Numbered from the stretch's first letter, positions 36,006-43,960 are shown. The stretch is 64,000 nt of DNA from Candidatus Woesearchaeota archaeon (GCA_014729915.1 WJJD01000058.1:18293-82292), one strand, 5' to 3'. Notes: generated from the sequence alone by a model not told the origin. Numbers and translations: made by a program.

Positions 36006-36731
36006 TCACGCAAGCTCAATCCAGAAAAAATAAGGAGTAGACTGCTCTCCGGGAAGATCCTTTTCAGGTACAATCATCTGGAAATCATAGTTTTTGAAAT
36101 TAAAACCCTGCTCTTCATCATGCAGAAGAGTTGTATATATAAGGTTAGTTTTATCAGTCAAAAGCACTTCCTGGAACAATGCATCTTCTGTTACTGTCTG
36201 CTGAGTATTGTTGACCCAGGTAGCAGTAGATCTGCATGTGCTGTTTTCAATATAAGTTGTGCCAACATAAAATTCCTTGTGTATTTCATATTCAAACGTG
36301 TTGTTTATGCTGTCTTCATTAGAGAAAGTATGATTCATTGCAGTCTCCTCACCAGAGATTATTGTGTGATTTGCACATTCTATGCTGTTCCAGTCCACAG
36401 AATCATTTCTTGAAGCATAGACCTCTCCTGTGACAGTTGTCAATGACCAGTCATAGATAGTATAGTTATCTGCATCATCAAGAGTGAATTTTCCTGAAAT
36501 ATTACCTACATATGCTTTCCATCTGGGATTTTGGGTCTCGCCATAAAGTATGAGGGTTGTAAACGTCCCGCCCGAAGTATTTACAAATGATGCAGGTTCA
36601 GAGTCTTTAGTCTCTGAATTGCTGTACGGAATCATGGCACCTGTAGGCTCAATTGCATAAGAGATTCTGAATAAGATTGCAAAAAAGACCAGGATAAATC
36701 CTAATATCCGGATTAATCTCTTATTTTTCAT
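36006..36731 (-). CDS. Secreted ~240-aa protein, paralog family P1, ending ...PYFFWIELA
   Basis: Signal peptide 'MKNKRLIRILGFILVFFAILFRISYA'. Core 'RWKAYVGNISGKFTLDDADNYTIYDWSLTTVTGEVYASRNDSVDWNSIECANHTII ... NLIYTTLLHDE'. Confidence 0.75.
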   Translation of the reverse strand: MKNKRLIRILGFILVFFAILFRISYAIEPTGAMIPYSNSETKDSEPASFVNTSGGTFTTLILYGETQNPRWKAYVGNISGKFTLDDADNYTIYDWSLTTVTGEVYASRNDSVDWNSIECANHTIISGEETAMNHTFSNEDSINNTFEYEIHKEFYVGTTYIENSTCRSTATWVNNTQQTVTEDALFQEVLLTDKTNLIYTTLLHDEEQGFNFKNYDFQMIVPEKDLPGEQSTPYFFWIELA

Positions 36732-37242
36732 TTTTGTTCAGAGCTCTTTTGTATGTTGTCCAGATTGTCTGGTAATGTTTGCAGAGAAGATCTGCGATTT
36801 TATTGTAGGAGAGGGTCTTTTTTTCTTTAAGAAACAGAACAATATTTTCCAGCACACTGTAATTTCTTCTCTTAAAAATATCCAGGGGTATAGATATTTC
36901 AGAATCTTTAATTACAAGTTTTTTCAGGAATTTTTTTTTAGAATTAGAATAAGTGCTCCATATTGTCCTGTCATCCCTGTTAAGTTCCTGTGCTATCTCA
37001 TGGTAGCTCATATCTTTGTTCTCTTTTAGAAATTTTACTATTATCTCAAGAGAACTGAGGTTAGGGGTCTTAAAAACAGAGATTGGTACAGAAAGGGATT
37101 CTTTTTTTATGATCCCGAGAACCTCGTCTGTAGAGAGCTGATACTTATCTTTAAAATAAGCATCCACAACTTCTAATGCTTCTACAATCTTGTCATTTTT
37201 CAGTTTTTCTTTCAGAAAAACCCCTCTCCCTTGATGCATCAA
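36721..37242 (-). CDS. Putative transcriptional regulator with two tandem helix-turn-helix units
   Basis: Internal duplication 'SSLEIIVKFLKENKDMSYHEIAQELNRDDRTIWSTYSNSKKKF' and 'SVLENIVLFLKEKKTLSYNKIADLLCKHYQTIWTTYKRALNK', which resembles a sigma-70 region-4/LuxR-type HTH. It overlaps the downstream P1 gene by 11 nt. Confidence 0.45.
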   Translation of the reverse strand: MMHQGRGVFLKEKLKNDKIVEALEVVDAYFKDKYQLSTDEVLGIIKKESLSVPISVFKTPNLSSLEIIVKFLKENKDMSYHEIAQELNRDDRTIWSTYSNSKKKFLKKLVIKDSEISIPLDIFKRRNYSVLENIVLFLKEKKTLSYNKIADLLCKHYQTIWTTYKRALNKNEK

Positions 37243-37410
37243 TACTTAATAAGTAAGAACAAGTATATAAATTTTATTATATAATAAGTATAATTTACTT
37301 AAAAATTAATAATAAATACTTATTATGTAAGAAAAAAATATGTTTTTTTTAGTAGATAGTATGGGAGCTGATAAAATGAAAATGCCATTAGTTACTTAGT
37401 CTATACTGTA

Positions 37411-37517
37411 CACTCTTCTTCTACACCGCACATGCTCCGCACACCACACCAGCCATACTTCCTGACCACACCCCCGGCCACAACGTTACATACTCTGACT
37501 GACTCCAAACACACGAG
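37411..37517. other. Strongly strand-asymmetric CA-rich, G-depleted tract of ~107 nt in the divergent intergenic region
   Basis: 'cactcttcttctacaccgcacatgctccgcacaccacaccagccatacttcctgaccacacccccggccacaacg...' is about 42% C and about 11% G in a ~33% GC genome. The complementary strand carries G-runs (GGCCGGGGGTGTGG ... GGTGTGGTGTGCGG). Confidence 0.4.
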
Positions 37518-37553
37518 CAGAATAGAAAATTTTTTTCAAAAATTTTCTATACA

Positions 37554-37568
37554 AAAAGTATATATTTG
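37554..37568 (+). promoter_or_regulatory. TATA-box-like element about 25-35 nt upstream of the 37591 start codon, consistent with an archaeal leaderless promoter
   Basis: 'AAAGTATATATTTGA' at 37554..37568, with the ATG at 37591. Confidence 0.3.
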
Positions 37569-37590
37569 AGATGTTTCTCAATTGTAATAG

Positions 37591-39276
37591 ATGAAAAAAA
37601 AAGGTATTGAATCTGTGGAGCAGTGGATGTGGATTATTGCGGGCCTTGCAATAGCAACCCTAATTATTATTGGAGGGTACAGCATTATTTCTCAGTTAGT
37701 TGCAGACAAACAACTTAAAGAAACAATGGATACTTTCAATAATTTAAAAAACAGGATACAGGATCTGTGTTATAGAAATAAAAAATCACAGGAAATTCAC
37801 TACATGAAGATCAGCGACATTGTAAAAGAGATCTCTGTAAGAAACAGCACAACCATGAGGACAGGCAACGGAACAATGCTTTGTATTGAAATTGAAGACA
37901 AGAACCGGGAATGCCAGCAATTAAAAAACTGCGTATATGATCTTGTTCCTATAAGATTCCAAAAACAGCAAAACATATTTTCAACAATCCAGAAAGCGCT
38001 TGGCAGCTCAAGATCTGCAAAAATTGCTGTATTGATAACAAAAGGGACATTTGATAAGGTTTTTGTTACCTGGACAGAAGTGTTTTCAGAAGACCAGATC
38101 GGATCCGAAGTGAACAAAGAGATTTTCTCTAAAACAAAGCAATATGTAATTTCATATGAATACCACAAATTAATCAATGATATAAAAGAGATAATACAGG
38201 AAGTTTCAGAAATTAAGACAAGTTCAGTGAATAAAAACCTCGATTTTCCTACAGAAGTTGAAAAAATGTATTTTTTTAACCTTTCTGAAGAACTTAAAGA
38301 GCTTGACTATAAGGAAAATCTTAATCTTCATGAAAAAATAAAATCATATGATGAATCCAATTTATTTTTTATACAGGAAAGGGGAGCACTTAAATCCTAC
38401 CGGATTGAAGGATTGGATCTGCAGGAGCCGAATTATCTGTGCGTCAAAAATATCGACGGGAGGATGAGGCTTAATTTTGAGAGCACGGGAAATGGAGTAA
38501 ATATATTAACCCGGGATTCAGACTCAGACTGCACTTATCCTGTGATTGCAAGAGAAGTTGCAACTTATCTTGAAAAAGAGTCCTCAGAAGAATTTGAACA
38601 GGAGATGGAGTCATTAAAAGAATCAATAGAAAATGATTTTCCCGAAGTTTCAATTGATTATGAGCTGGATTATGATCCTGTTGAAGATAAGACCAAAGCA
38701 AGTATCAAATTCTCATCCTCACTGGATGCTGAGAATTTCAGATTAATTCATTTTATCCCGAAGTGTATGCTTCAGCTGGCTGATGAATTGTCTTTTAGTT
38801 ATGAAGGAAAGCAGCCGGAGGAGATAGAGATATTGAGGGAGGATCCATTGATAATGTGGCACTTTAATGAAATTGATCTTGAAAAAACTTCTATAAATTA
38901 TGAAAAGAGCGGCAAGGTGGATGAATTCTGCGAGGAACTTCTCACTAATTTTTTAGTATCTGTTAGGAGAAGGGATGGCTTTTTCGGAAAGCATAAAAAA
39001 CCAGGCATTTACAAATTCGATGATTCAGATTTTGATGAGGAAAAAAATTATGAAGATTTATATCCTGATGATTTGGACAATGATGGATTTCCGGATGAAT
39101 GGGAGGATATGTATGGGTATAACAAAAGGAATAAGAATGATCCCGGAGAATCTTCTGATCATGATAGTGACGGCGCAGATTCAAGAGCAGAATACAATCA
39201 TAACATGGATCCGAAAAATCCCGATACTGACGGAGATGGTATACTGGATGGAGCAGAGATTCAGGAAGAAGAATAG
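37591..39276 (+). CDS. Type IV pilin-like (class III signal peptide) protein of 561 aa with C-terminal thrombospondin type-3-like Ca-binding repeats
   Basis: N-terminus 'MKKKGIESVEQWMWIIAGLAIATLIIIGGY': basic residues, then Gly, then Glu at +5, then a 20-aa hydrophobic stretch. C-terminal D-x-D-x-D-G motifs: 'DDLDNDGFPDEWED ... DHDSDGADSRAEYNHNMDPKNPDTDGDGILDGAEIQ'. Confidence 0.5.
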   Translation: MKKKGIESVEQWMWIIAGLAIATLIIIGGYSIISQLVADKQLKETMDTFNNLKNRIQDLCYRNKKSQEIHYMKISDIVKEISVRNSTTMRTGNGTMLCIEIEDKNRECQQLKNCVYDLVPIRFQKQQNIFSTIQKALGSSRSAKIAVLITKGTFDKVFVTWTEVFSEDQIGSEVNKEIFSKTKQYVISYEYHKLINDIKEIIQEVSEIKTSSVNKNLDFPTEVEKMYFFNLSEELKELDYKENLNLHEKIKSYDESNLFFIQERGALKSYRIEGLDLQEPNYLCVKNIDGRMRLNFESTGNGVNILTRDSDSDCTYPVIAREVATYLEKESSEEFEQEMESLKESIENDFPEVSIDYELDYDPVEDKTKASIKFSSSLDAENFRLIHFIPKCMLQLADELSFSYEGKQPEEIEILREDPLIMWHFNEIDLEKTSINYEKSGKVDEFCEELLTNFLVSVRRRDGFFGKHKKPGIYKFDDSDFDEEKNYEDLYPDDLDNDGFPDEWEDMYGYNKRNKNDPGESSDHDSDGADSRAEYNHNMDPKNPDTDGDGILDGAEIQEEE

Positions 39277-39336
39277 GAATGCAGGCAAAAAAATTATAAA
39301 GGAGAATACCATTAATCTTAAAAAAAGGGGAAATAA

Positions 39337-39840
39337 ATGATATATGACAGGAATCAGTTTGTTTTTAATATTGTCCTTTCTCTATTGCTGATTATCATGA
39401 TACTTGTATGCGGATTTTTTGGATACAAATTCATACAAATCAAAAACCAGATGGAAGATATCAATACCAATCTTGAAGAGATTGAAAAAAACCAGCATTA
39501 TACAAATTATATACAGGCAAGTCATCAGGACATAAGATTTCAGTTGTCTCCTGAAGGATTTTTTATATATGGAGCTGATGATTACGGGACTTTGCAGGGA
39601 CCATCAATGCAGCCGTCCATCTTTGACAGCCATACTCTCATCCAGGTAAAATATACTGATCAGAATCTCTCAGAAGGCCAGATTGTAAGATACTATGACT
39701 CTGAAAGGACTCCTGTAATCCACAGGATAAGGGGAGTATACAATAACACAGTGAAAGTCCAGGGAGACAACCTGGACCAGGATGAGATTATTGAAAAGAA
39801 CCAGATAACTCATCTCATTCTCGGAGTACTTTTTACATAA
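39337..39840 (+). CDS. Signal peptidase I, S26 family, archaeal/eukaryal Sec11-type (Ser/His)
   Basis: N-terminal TM anchor 'FVFNIVLSLLLIIMILVCGFFGY'. Box B is 'GPSMQP' (Ser nucleophile). Box C-like is 'GQIVRY'. Box D is 'VIHRI' (His general base). Box E is 'GDNLDQDE'. Confidence 0.7.
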   Translation: MIYDRNQFVFNIVLSLLLIIMILVCGFFGYKFIQIKNQMEDINTNLEEIEKNQHYTNYIQASHQDIRFQLSPEGFFIYGADDYGTLQGPSMQPSIFDSHTLIQVKYTDQNLSEGQIVRYYDSERTPVIHRIRGVYNNTVKVQGDNLDQDEIIEKNQITHLILGVLFT

Positions 39841-39841
39841 A

Positions 39842-40135
39842 ATGGATCTTAATGAGCTTGATGTCTGGTATGAAAACCATAAAAAGCGGTTAGAAGAAGA
39901 ATACAGAAAAAAACTAAGGAACCATAAAAATAAAAAAAAAGCAAAACAGGAATTTTCTGAAAAAATTAAAAAACTTCATAAGAAATACATTAAAAAAAGC
40001 GAGAAGATAATAAAGGCCAGCCAGAGAAAAAAGGGATTAAAAAGAAAGTTTCTTAAAAAGACAAAAGGGATAAGGCAAAAAATTAACAGTATCAAAGAAA
40101 GGTGTGTGAAGGAACCTGAACAGGAGACAGAATAA
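39842..40135 (+). CDS. Highly basic Lys-rich coiled-coil hypothetical protein (97 aa)
   Basis: '...KKRLEEEYRKKLRNHKNKKKAKQEFSEKIKKLHKKYIKKSEKIIKASQRKKGLKRKF...'. Its start lies 2 nt after the signal peptidase stop. Confidence 0.4.
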   Translation: MDLNELDVWYENHKKRLEEEYRKKLRNHKNKKKAKQEFSEKIKKLHKKYIKKSEKIIKASQRKKGLKRKFLKKTKGIRQKINSIKERCVKEPEQETE

Positions 40136-40172
40136 TAAATTTTTTAAACAACTAAATAAATATTCAATTTTA

Positions 40173-40487
40173 ATGAGAAACGCCTCATATAAAAAAAAGA
40201 TAAAGAAAAAAATATACCTTCAGAATATTCTTATTCTGATTTGTGTTGTCCTTCTGGGATACTTGGTTTATGCTAAGTTCAGGCCTGAGATTGTAAAAGT
40301 TCCTGTAAAAGATGACTGCGGGCCTATAGGAAACACGATTTCACACCTGATTTCTGACAATGAAGACTGTGTGAATGCCTGCTCTTCTGCATGCAAATCA
40401 TTTGGCCACGTATATTATAAGAGCAAATTTATCTATAATAATGAAGTAAGATGCAACAATTGCACTTGTCAATGTAAAAAAATTTAA
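40173..40487 (+). CDS. Small membrane-anchored Cys-rich protein (104 aa)
   Basis: TM 'IYLQNILILICVVLLGYLVYA', then a region of 10 cysteines '...DCGPIGN ... EDCVNACSSACKSFGH ... RCNNCTCQCKKI'. Confidence 0.4.
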   Translation: MRNASYKKKIKKKIYLQNILILICVVLLGYLVYAKFRPEIVKVPVKDDCGPIGNTISHLISDNEDCVNACSSACKSFGHVYYKSKFIYNNEVRCNNCTCQCKKI

Positions 40488-40501
40488 ATAAGTCTGAATA
40501 A

Positions 40502-42307
40502 TTGAGAAATAATAAAGTGAGGGGAAACTGTTTGAATTTAAAAAAATTAATAATAATTCTATTTATTTTTATTGCAATACCTTTTGTTTCAGGACTTGAA
40601 CCGGAGCAGATAATTTCAAACTCAGCTGACTGGCAGGATGTATATTCCACAATGCTTTATTCTGAATTGACAGGAAAATCATCCTATTTTTTAGTAAGTT
40701 CCAGGCATTCAACACTATTGATAGGTCAGTTGTCAAAATCACAAAAAAATACCTGGGTGATTAGTTCTGAAAAAAATCCTTATGTAGTAAGCTATAAACC
40801 TGTACTTGAATCAAAGGGATTTGCTGTTGAGGAATTTGAGTACTCAAATGTCAATCTTGAGATGGCCCGGAAGATAGAAAATATAACGAACTTCATAGTT
40901 CTGGATGATTCATACGGATATAATGCAATATCAGTAGCTCCTTATGCTGTTCTTACTGATTCTTATGTCTTGTTTGCCGACAGAAAAAATATCAACCTCA
41001 TCTCAAATTTCTTAAACACCCGGCAGGTAGAGAGTCTGCTTATTTACGGCCAGGTGGACAGGGAAGTTAAGGAAAGGTTGAGTGTTTTTTCTCCGGAGAC
41101 AATTAACAACGGAGACAGGTTTTTAGACAACCAGGCAATAGTTGATAAATACCAGGAAAAACACATTGAAGTCTATGGGGAGCCAAAAACCCAGGTCATC
41201 TTGACAAACGGGGAATTCATTGAGCAGGAAATTTTATCAGGAGTGGAGCCGGTTGTCTTTATCGGAAGAGCAAATGTGCCGGATCAGGTCCGTGAATATA
41301 TAAAAAACAGCGATATTGAGATAGGAATACTGATTGGAAATGAGCTTATCGGCTCAGCAACATTTATCAGAAGGCAGCTCGGAATAAGTGTTTTTGTAAA
41401 ATTTGCACAGAGTGCAAGAACACCTTCAGGCCCTATTTCTGCAGTTGAGGATCTTGACAGGTTTTATCTTCCAAGATACATTCTAAGCCTTGATTTATAC
41501 AGGGTGAGATACAACAAGATGAATAACCAGGTTTATGTTACATACCAGAATAATGTTGCCTTATCATCATACCTAAAGGGTACCATTACATTAAGATATG
41601 AAGGAGAAACTCAGACTGTTGGGGATAGTGAACCTGTTTTTATTGACAAGAACGAATATAAGACAATTGTGTATGACATTGATCCTGTAAGCGCAGAACA
41701 GATCCGGGCAGAAGTCTTTACTATTTATGGCGAAAGCAGGAAATCATTAGAGTATACATTAAGAGAGACAGTTGATGTTGAGACAGTAAATATCCTTGAT
41801 AATTCTGAAATAGAGATTGTAAATGTAAGGTATGACAGGAGAAAAGGAGAGTTTCTCATTGATATAAAAAACACAGGAAATGTTGATGTGTTTGTTGATC
41901 TGGAGTTAGTTGATATTCTGATAAATGATGAACTCAGGACATTTGGTCCTGAAGAAGTTTCTTTCATAGAAAAAGGAGAGGTTGAGACAATCATGGTGGA
42001 AGTTGAGATGGCTGAAGAGGATTTTGAGAACAACCCCAAAGTAAGGCTTACAGCTTATTACGGAGAAAGGGAAAGAAACCTTGTAAATGTGATTTCAGGC
42101 GAATATGATTATTCATTTACTGGTTTTGGTTATCTTACTGGCCGGCTCATAAAGGATATCGGCGGATCAGCAGTCACATTCGGTCCGATAATCATAATTC
42201 TTCTTCTTTTGATATTGATTATAGGCATGAAAAAGAAATGTCCCGACTGCAATGAAATCAACTCATTAAGAAGCAAAAAATGCAAAAGATGCGGCAGAGA
42301 GATCTGA
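40502..42307 (+). CDS. Secreted 601-aa protein with a signal peptide, a C-terminal TM helix and a short cytoplasmic 4-Cys zinc ribbon
   Basis: '...LIIILFIFIAIPFVSG' signal peptide. Three internal ~100-aa repeats. C-terminus 'GPIIIILLLLILIIGMKKKCPDCNEINSLRSKKCKRCGREI'. Confidence 0.6.
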   Translation: MRNNKVRGNCLNLKKLIIILFIFIAIPFVSGLEPEQIISNSADWQDVYSTMLYSELTGKSSYFLVSSRHSTLLIGQLSKSQKNTWVISSEKNPYVVSYKPVLESKGFAVEEFEYSNVNLEMARKIENITNFIVLDDSYGYNAISVAPYAVLTDSYVLFADRKNINLISNFLNTRQVESLLIYGQVDREVKERLSVFSPETINNGDRFLDNQAIVDKYQEKHIEVYGEPKTQVILTNGEFIEQEILSGVEPVVFIGRANVPDQVREYIKNSDIEIGILIGNELIGSATFIRRQLGISVFVKFAQSARTPSGPISAVEDLDRFYLPRYILSLDLYRVRYNKMNNQVYVTYQNNVALSSYLKGTITLRYEGETQTVGDSEPVFIDKNEYKTIVYDIDPVSAEQIRAEVFTIYGESRKSLEYTLRETVDVETVNILDNSEIEIVNVRYDRRKGEFLIDIKNTGNVDVFVDLELVDILINDELRTFGPEEVSFIEKGEVETIMVEVEMAEEDFENNPKVRLTAYYGERERNLVNVISGEYDYSFTGFGYLTGRLIKDIGGSAVTFGPIIIILLLLILIIGMKKKCPDCNEINSLRSKKCKRCGREI

Positions 42308-42375
42308 ATAAATAAGGTATAAACAACCTTTCATATTTAAGGAAGCAGATACAAAGATTGGTTTTATTTTACCTC

Positions 42376-43012
42376 AAAATTTGCTTAAGCAAATTTTGAT
42401 AAGGGTTTAAAGCCCCGAGCTTTAGGTCGTTTTGTTCTTTGAAAAAATTTAAATTGCGGCTTCGCCGCAGTATGTACTGCGGACGAAGTTGCGCAATTAC
42501 TAAAGACCATTAAACTAGTGTTAACTTTCTTCCGCGGAGGCGAAAATTGATAAATACATAGTTGAGTCGGTTAAGCCACAAAGTTGGAACAAATTTTTGG
42601 CATTTGGAATGGTGTCCAAAATATAAATATAAAATGATGAGGAAGTATGGAAATAAAAATCTTGTAAAAGCAGCAATAAGAAAATTTGCCAAAAAACATG
42701 AGATTAAAATAAACTATATTGCTGTTTTACCAGAACATGTTCATCTATTGTGTACATTGCCAAGAGGAAAGACAGATTCTTGGGCATTTCATAAACTTAA
42801 AGGAGGTTCAGCTTACCTAATTTTCAAGAATAAAGAAAAATTTCGTCTGCGATATCCGCAAGGGCATTTTCGGTCCCCCGGGGGTGTGTGCAGTTACAGG
42901 TGGAAACAATGATCTAACTGATATAATTGTTTATATTAAAAAGTCAAGAAAAACGTCATGGTGTTTTGTAAAATTAAACACTCCACGTAAAGCCCTGCCA
43001 TTTATGGCAGGG
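42376..43012 (+). mobile_element. Degenerate IS200/IS605-family element: a 22-bp perfect palindrome, an imperfect subterminal hairpin, a tnpA-like ORF, and a perfect 8-bp-stem hairpin at the right side
   Basis: AAAATTTGCTTAAGCAAATTTT at 42376..42397. The imperfect IR 'TTGCGGCTTCGCCGCAGTATGTACTGCGGACGAAGTTGCGCAA' at about 42454-42496. The hairpin CCCTGCCA-TTTA-TGGCAGGG at 42993..43012. No tnpB is present. Confidence 0.4.
42562..42912 (+). CDS. tnpA: IS200/IS605-family TnpA-like HUH (Y1) transposase, probably C-terminally truncated or inactive
   Basis: 'WHLEWCPKYKYK' matches the 'H.V..PKYRRK' strand. 'LPEHVHLLCTLP' is the HUH motif (compare 'MPDHVHLLVSIP'). 'KLKGGSAYLI ... GHFRSPGG' matches 'LKG.SSR.L ... 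GHLWSPSYF'. The ORF ends soon after, before the usual C-terminal Tyr helix. Confidence 0.5.
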   Translation: MSRLSHKVGTNFWHLEWCPKYKYKMMRKYGNKNLVKAAIRKFAKKHEIKINYIAVLPEHVHLLCTLPRGKTDSWAFHKLKGGSAYLIFKNKEKFRLRYPQGHFRSPGGVCSYRWKQ

Positions 43013-43465
43013 AGTAAGTCACTAAGTGGACTGATGAATACTATTATTTTTTTAGCATAAAAGAGTTTCCGAAGATAAATCTTGCCAATCCTGAGGCGAG
43101 GCTGTACATAATTAAGGCTTCAAAATACCGGCTCAATTGCTGTCCTGACGGATACCGGCTTGATCAGGTGATTTGTCCAAACCCTAATTTCTGGAAAGAA
43201 ATTAACTCAGAGATAAAAAAGGATTTTACGGAAGCAGCACTTATCGGGGAAGCCCGGATGAAAGGAATAAAAATTTGTGAACTTAAAACAATCAATCATA
43301 ATAATACAAAGCCGTTATTCAAAATTTGATAACAGGTTTTTTCTTCCCTCTTTTTAAGACGATCATGATATGGACCGTATCTTATTTTTATGTAATGGAA
43401 AAAAAAGTTAAAAATCAGGGATATGTCCCCGGGATTTCGAATATGAAACAAAGAAAAAAATTTTT

Positions 43466-43960
43466 TCAGCAGTCTTCAATCTGAGTGATATCTGCTGAAT
43501 ATGCCCTATCTATACAGTTATAAGTTGTACCATCTGCTGATCTTATCATCGGAATTATCTGGACCTGCCTTACTCCATTAAGGCCTGCGGTACTGTAAGT
43601 GAAGTTGAAGATGTCACTCTGTCCTGAAGTCAAAGCATATCCTGTACTTGAGTTTGTGTAAATATCATCATTTCCGATGACCTGGAAAAACATATCTACA
43701 ATATTTCTTGATCCTCTGTTAATCAATGTTGTTTTTATAGTATTTGTGTCCTTGCACACATCATAAACATCATTGATAACCATAGGTTTTAATACAACTT
43801 CTGTTCCGCATTCGAGTTTTACAGTCTCTCCTCCGATTTTGTCTACGCTCTCTTCTGTCATCCCCCGAAGGAATACTGAGATGAAAGCACCTACTGAAAC
43901 AACAACTAATACAAGAATAATTGCTCCTAAAAAAGTTGAGACACCTCTTTTATCATTCAT
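43466..43960 (-). CDS. Archaeal type IV pilin-like protein with a class III signal peptide
   Basis: 'MNDKRGVSTFLGAIILVLVVVSVGAFISVF': a short basic n-region, a K-R-G cleavage motif, then a 20+-residue hydrophobic segment typical of archaeal pilins/archaellins. Total length 164 aa. Confidence 0.6.
   Translation of the reverse strand: MNDKRGVSTFLGAIILVLVVVSVGAFISVFLRGMTEESVDKIGGETVKLECGTEVVLKPMVINDVYDVCKDTNTIKTTLINRGSRNIVDMFFQVIGNDDIYTNSSTGYALTSGQSDIFNFTYSTAGLNGVRQVQIIPMIRSADGTTYNCIDRAYSADITQIEDC

Noticed and set aside
38975-39340. 121-aa out-of-frame ORF overlapping the 3' part of the pilin-like/TSP3 gene, and other similar overlapping ORFs (30007..30216, 36120..36413, 51038..51506)
   Set aside because: They are fully embedded in longer ORFs that have recognisable domains. 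They have odd composition and no motifs.
43063-43326. 87-codon stop-free stretch (KEFPKINLANPEARLYIIKASKYRLNCCPDGYRLDQVICPNPNFW...) downstream of the IS remnant; considered as a TnpB C-terminal fragment
   Set aside because: It has no start codon. It lacks the CxxC...CxxC zinc finger and the 'DRDxNAAxNI' motif of TnpB, and I recognise no other motif. It may be a gene fragment, but it cannot be assigned.
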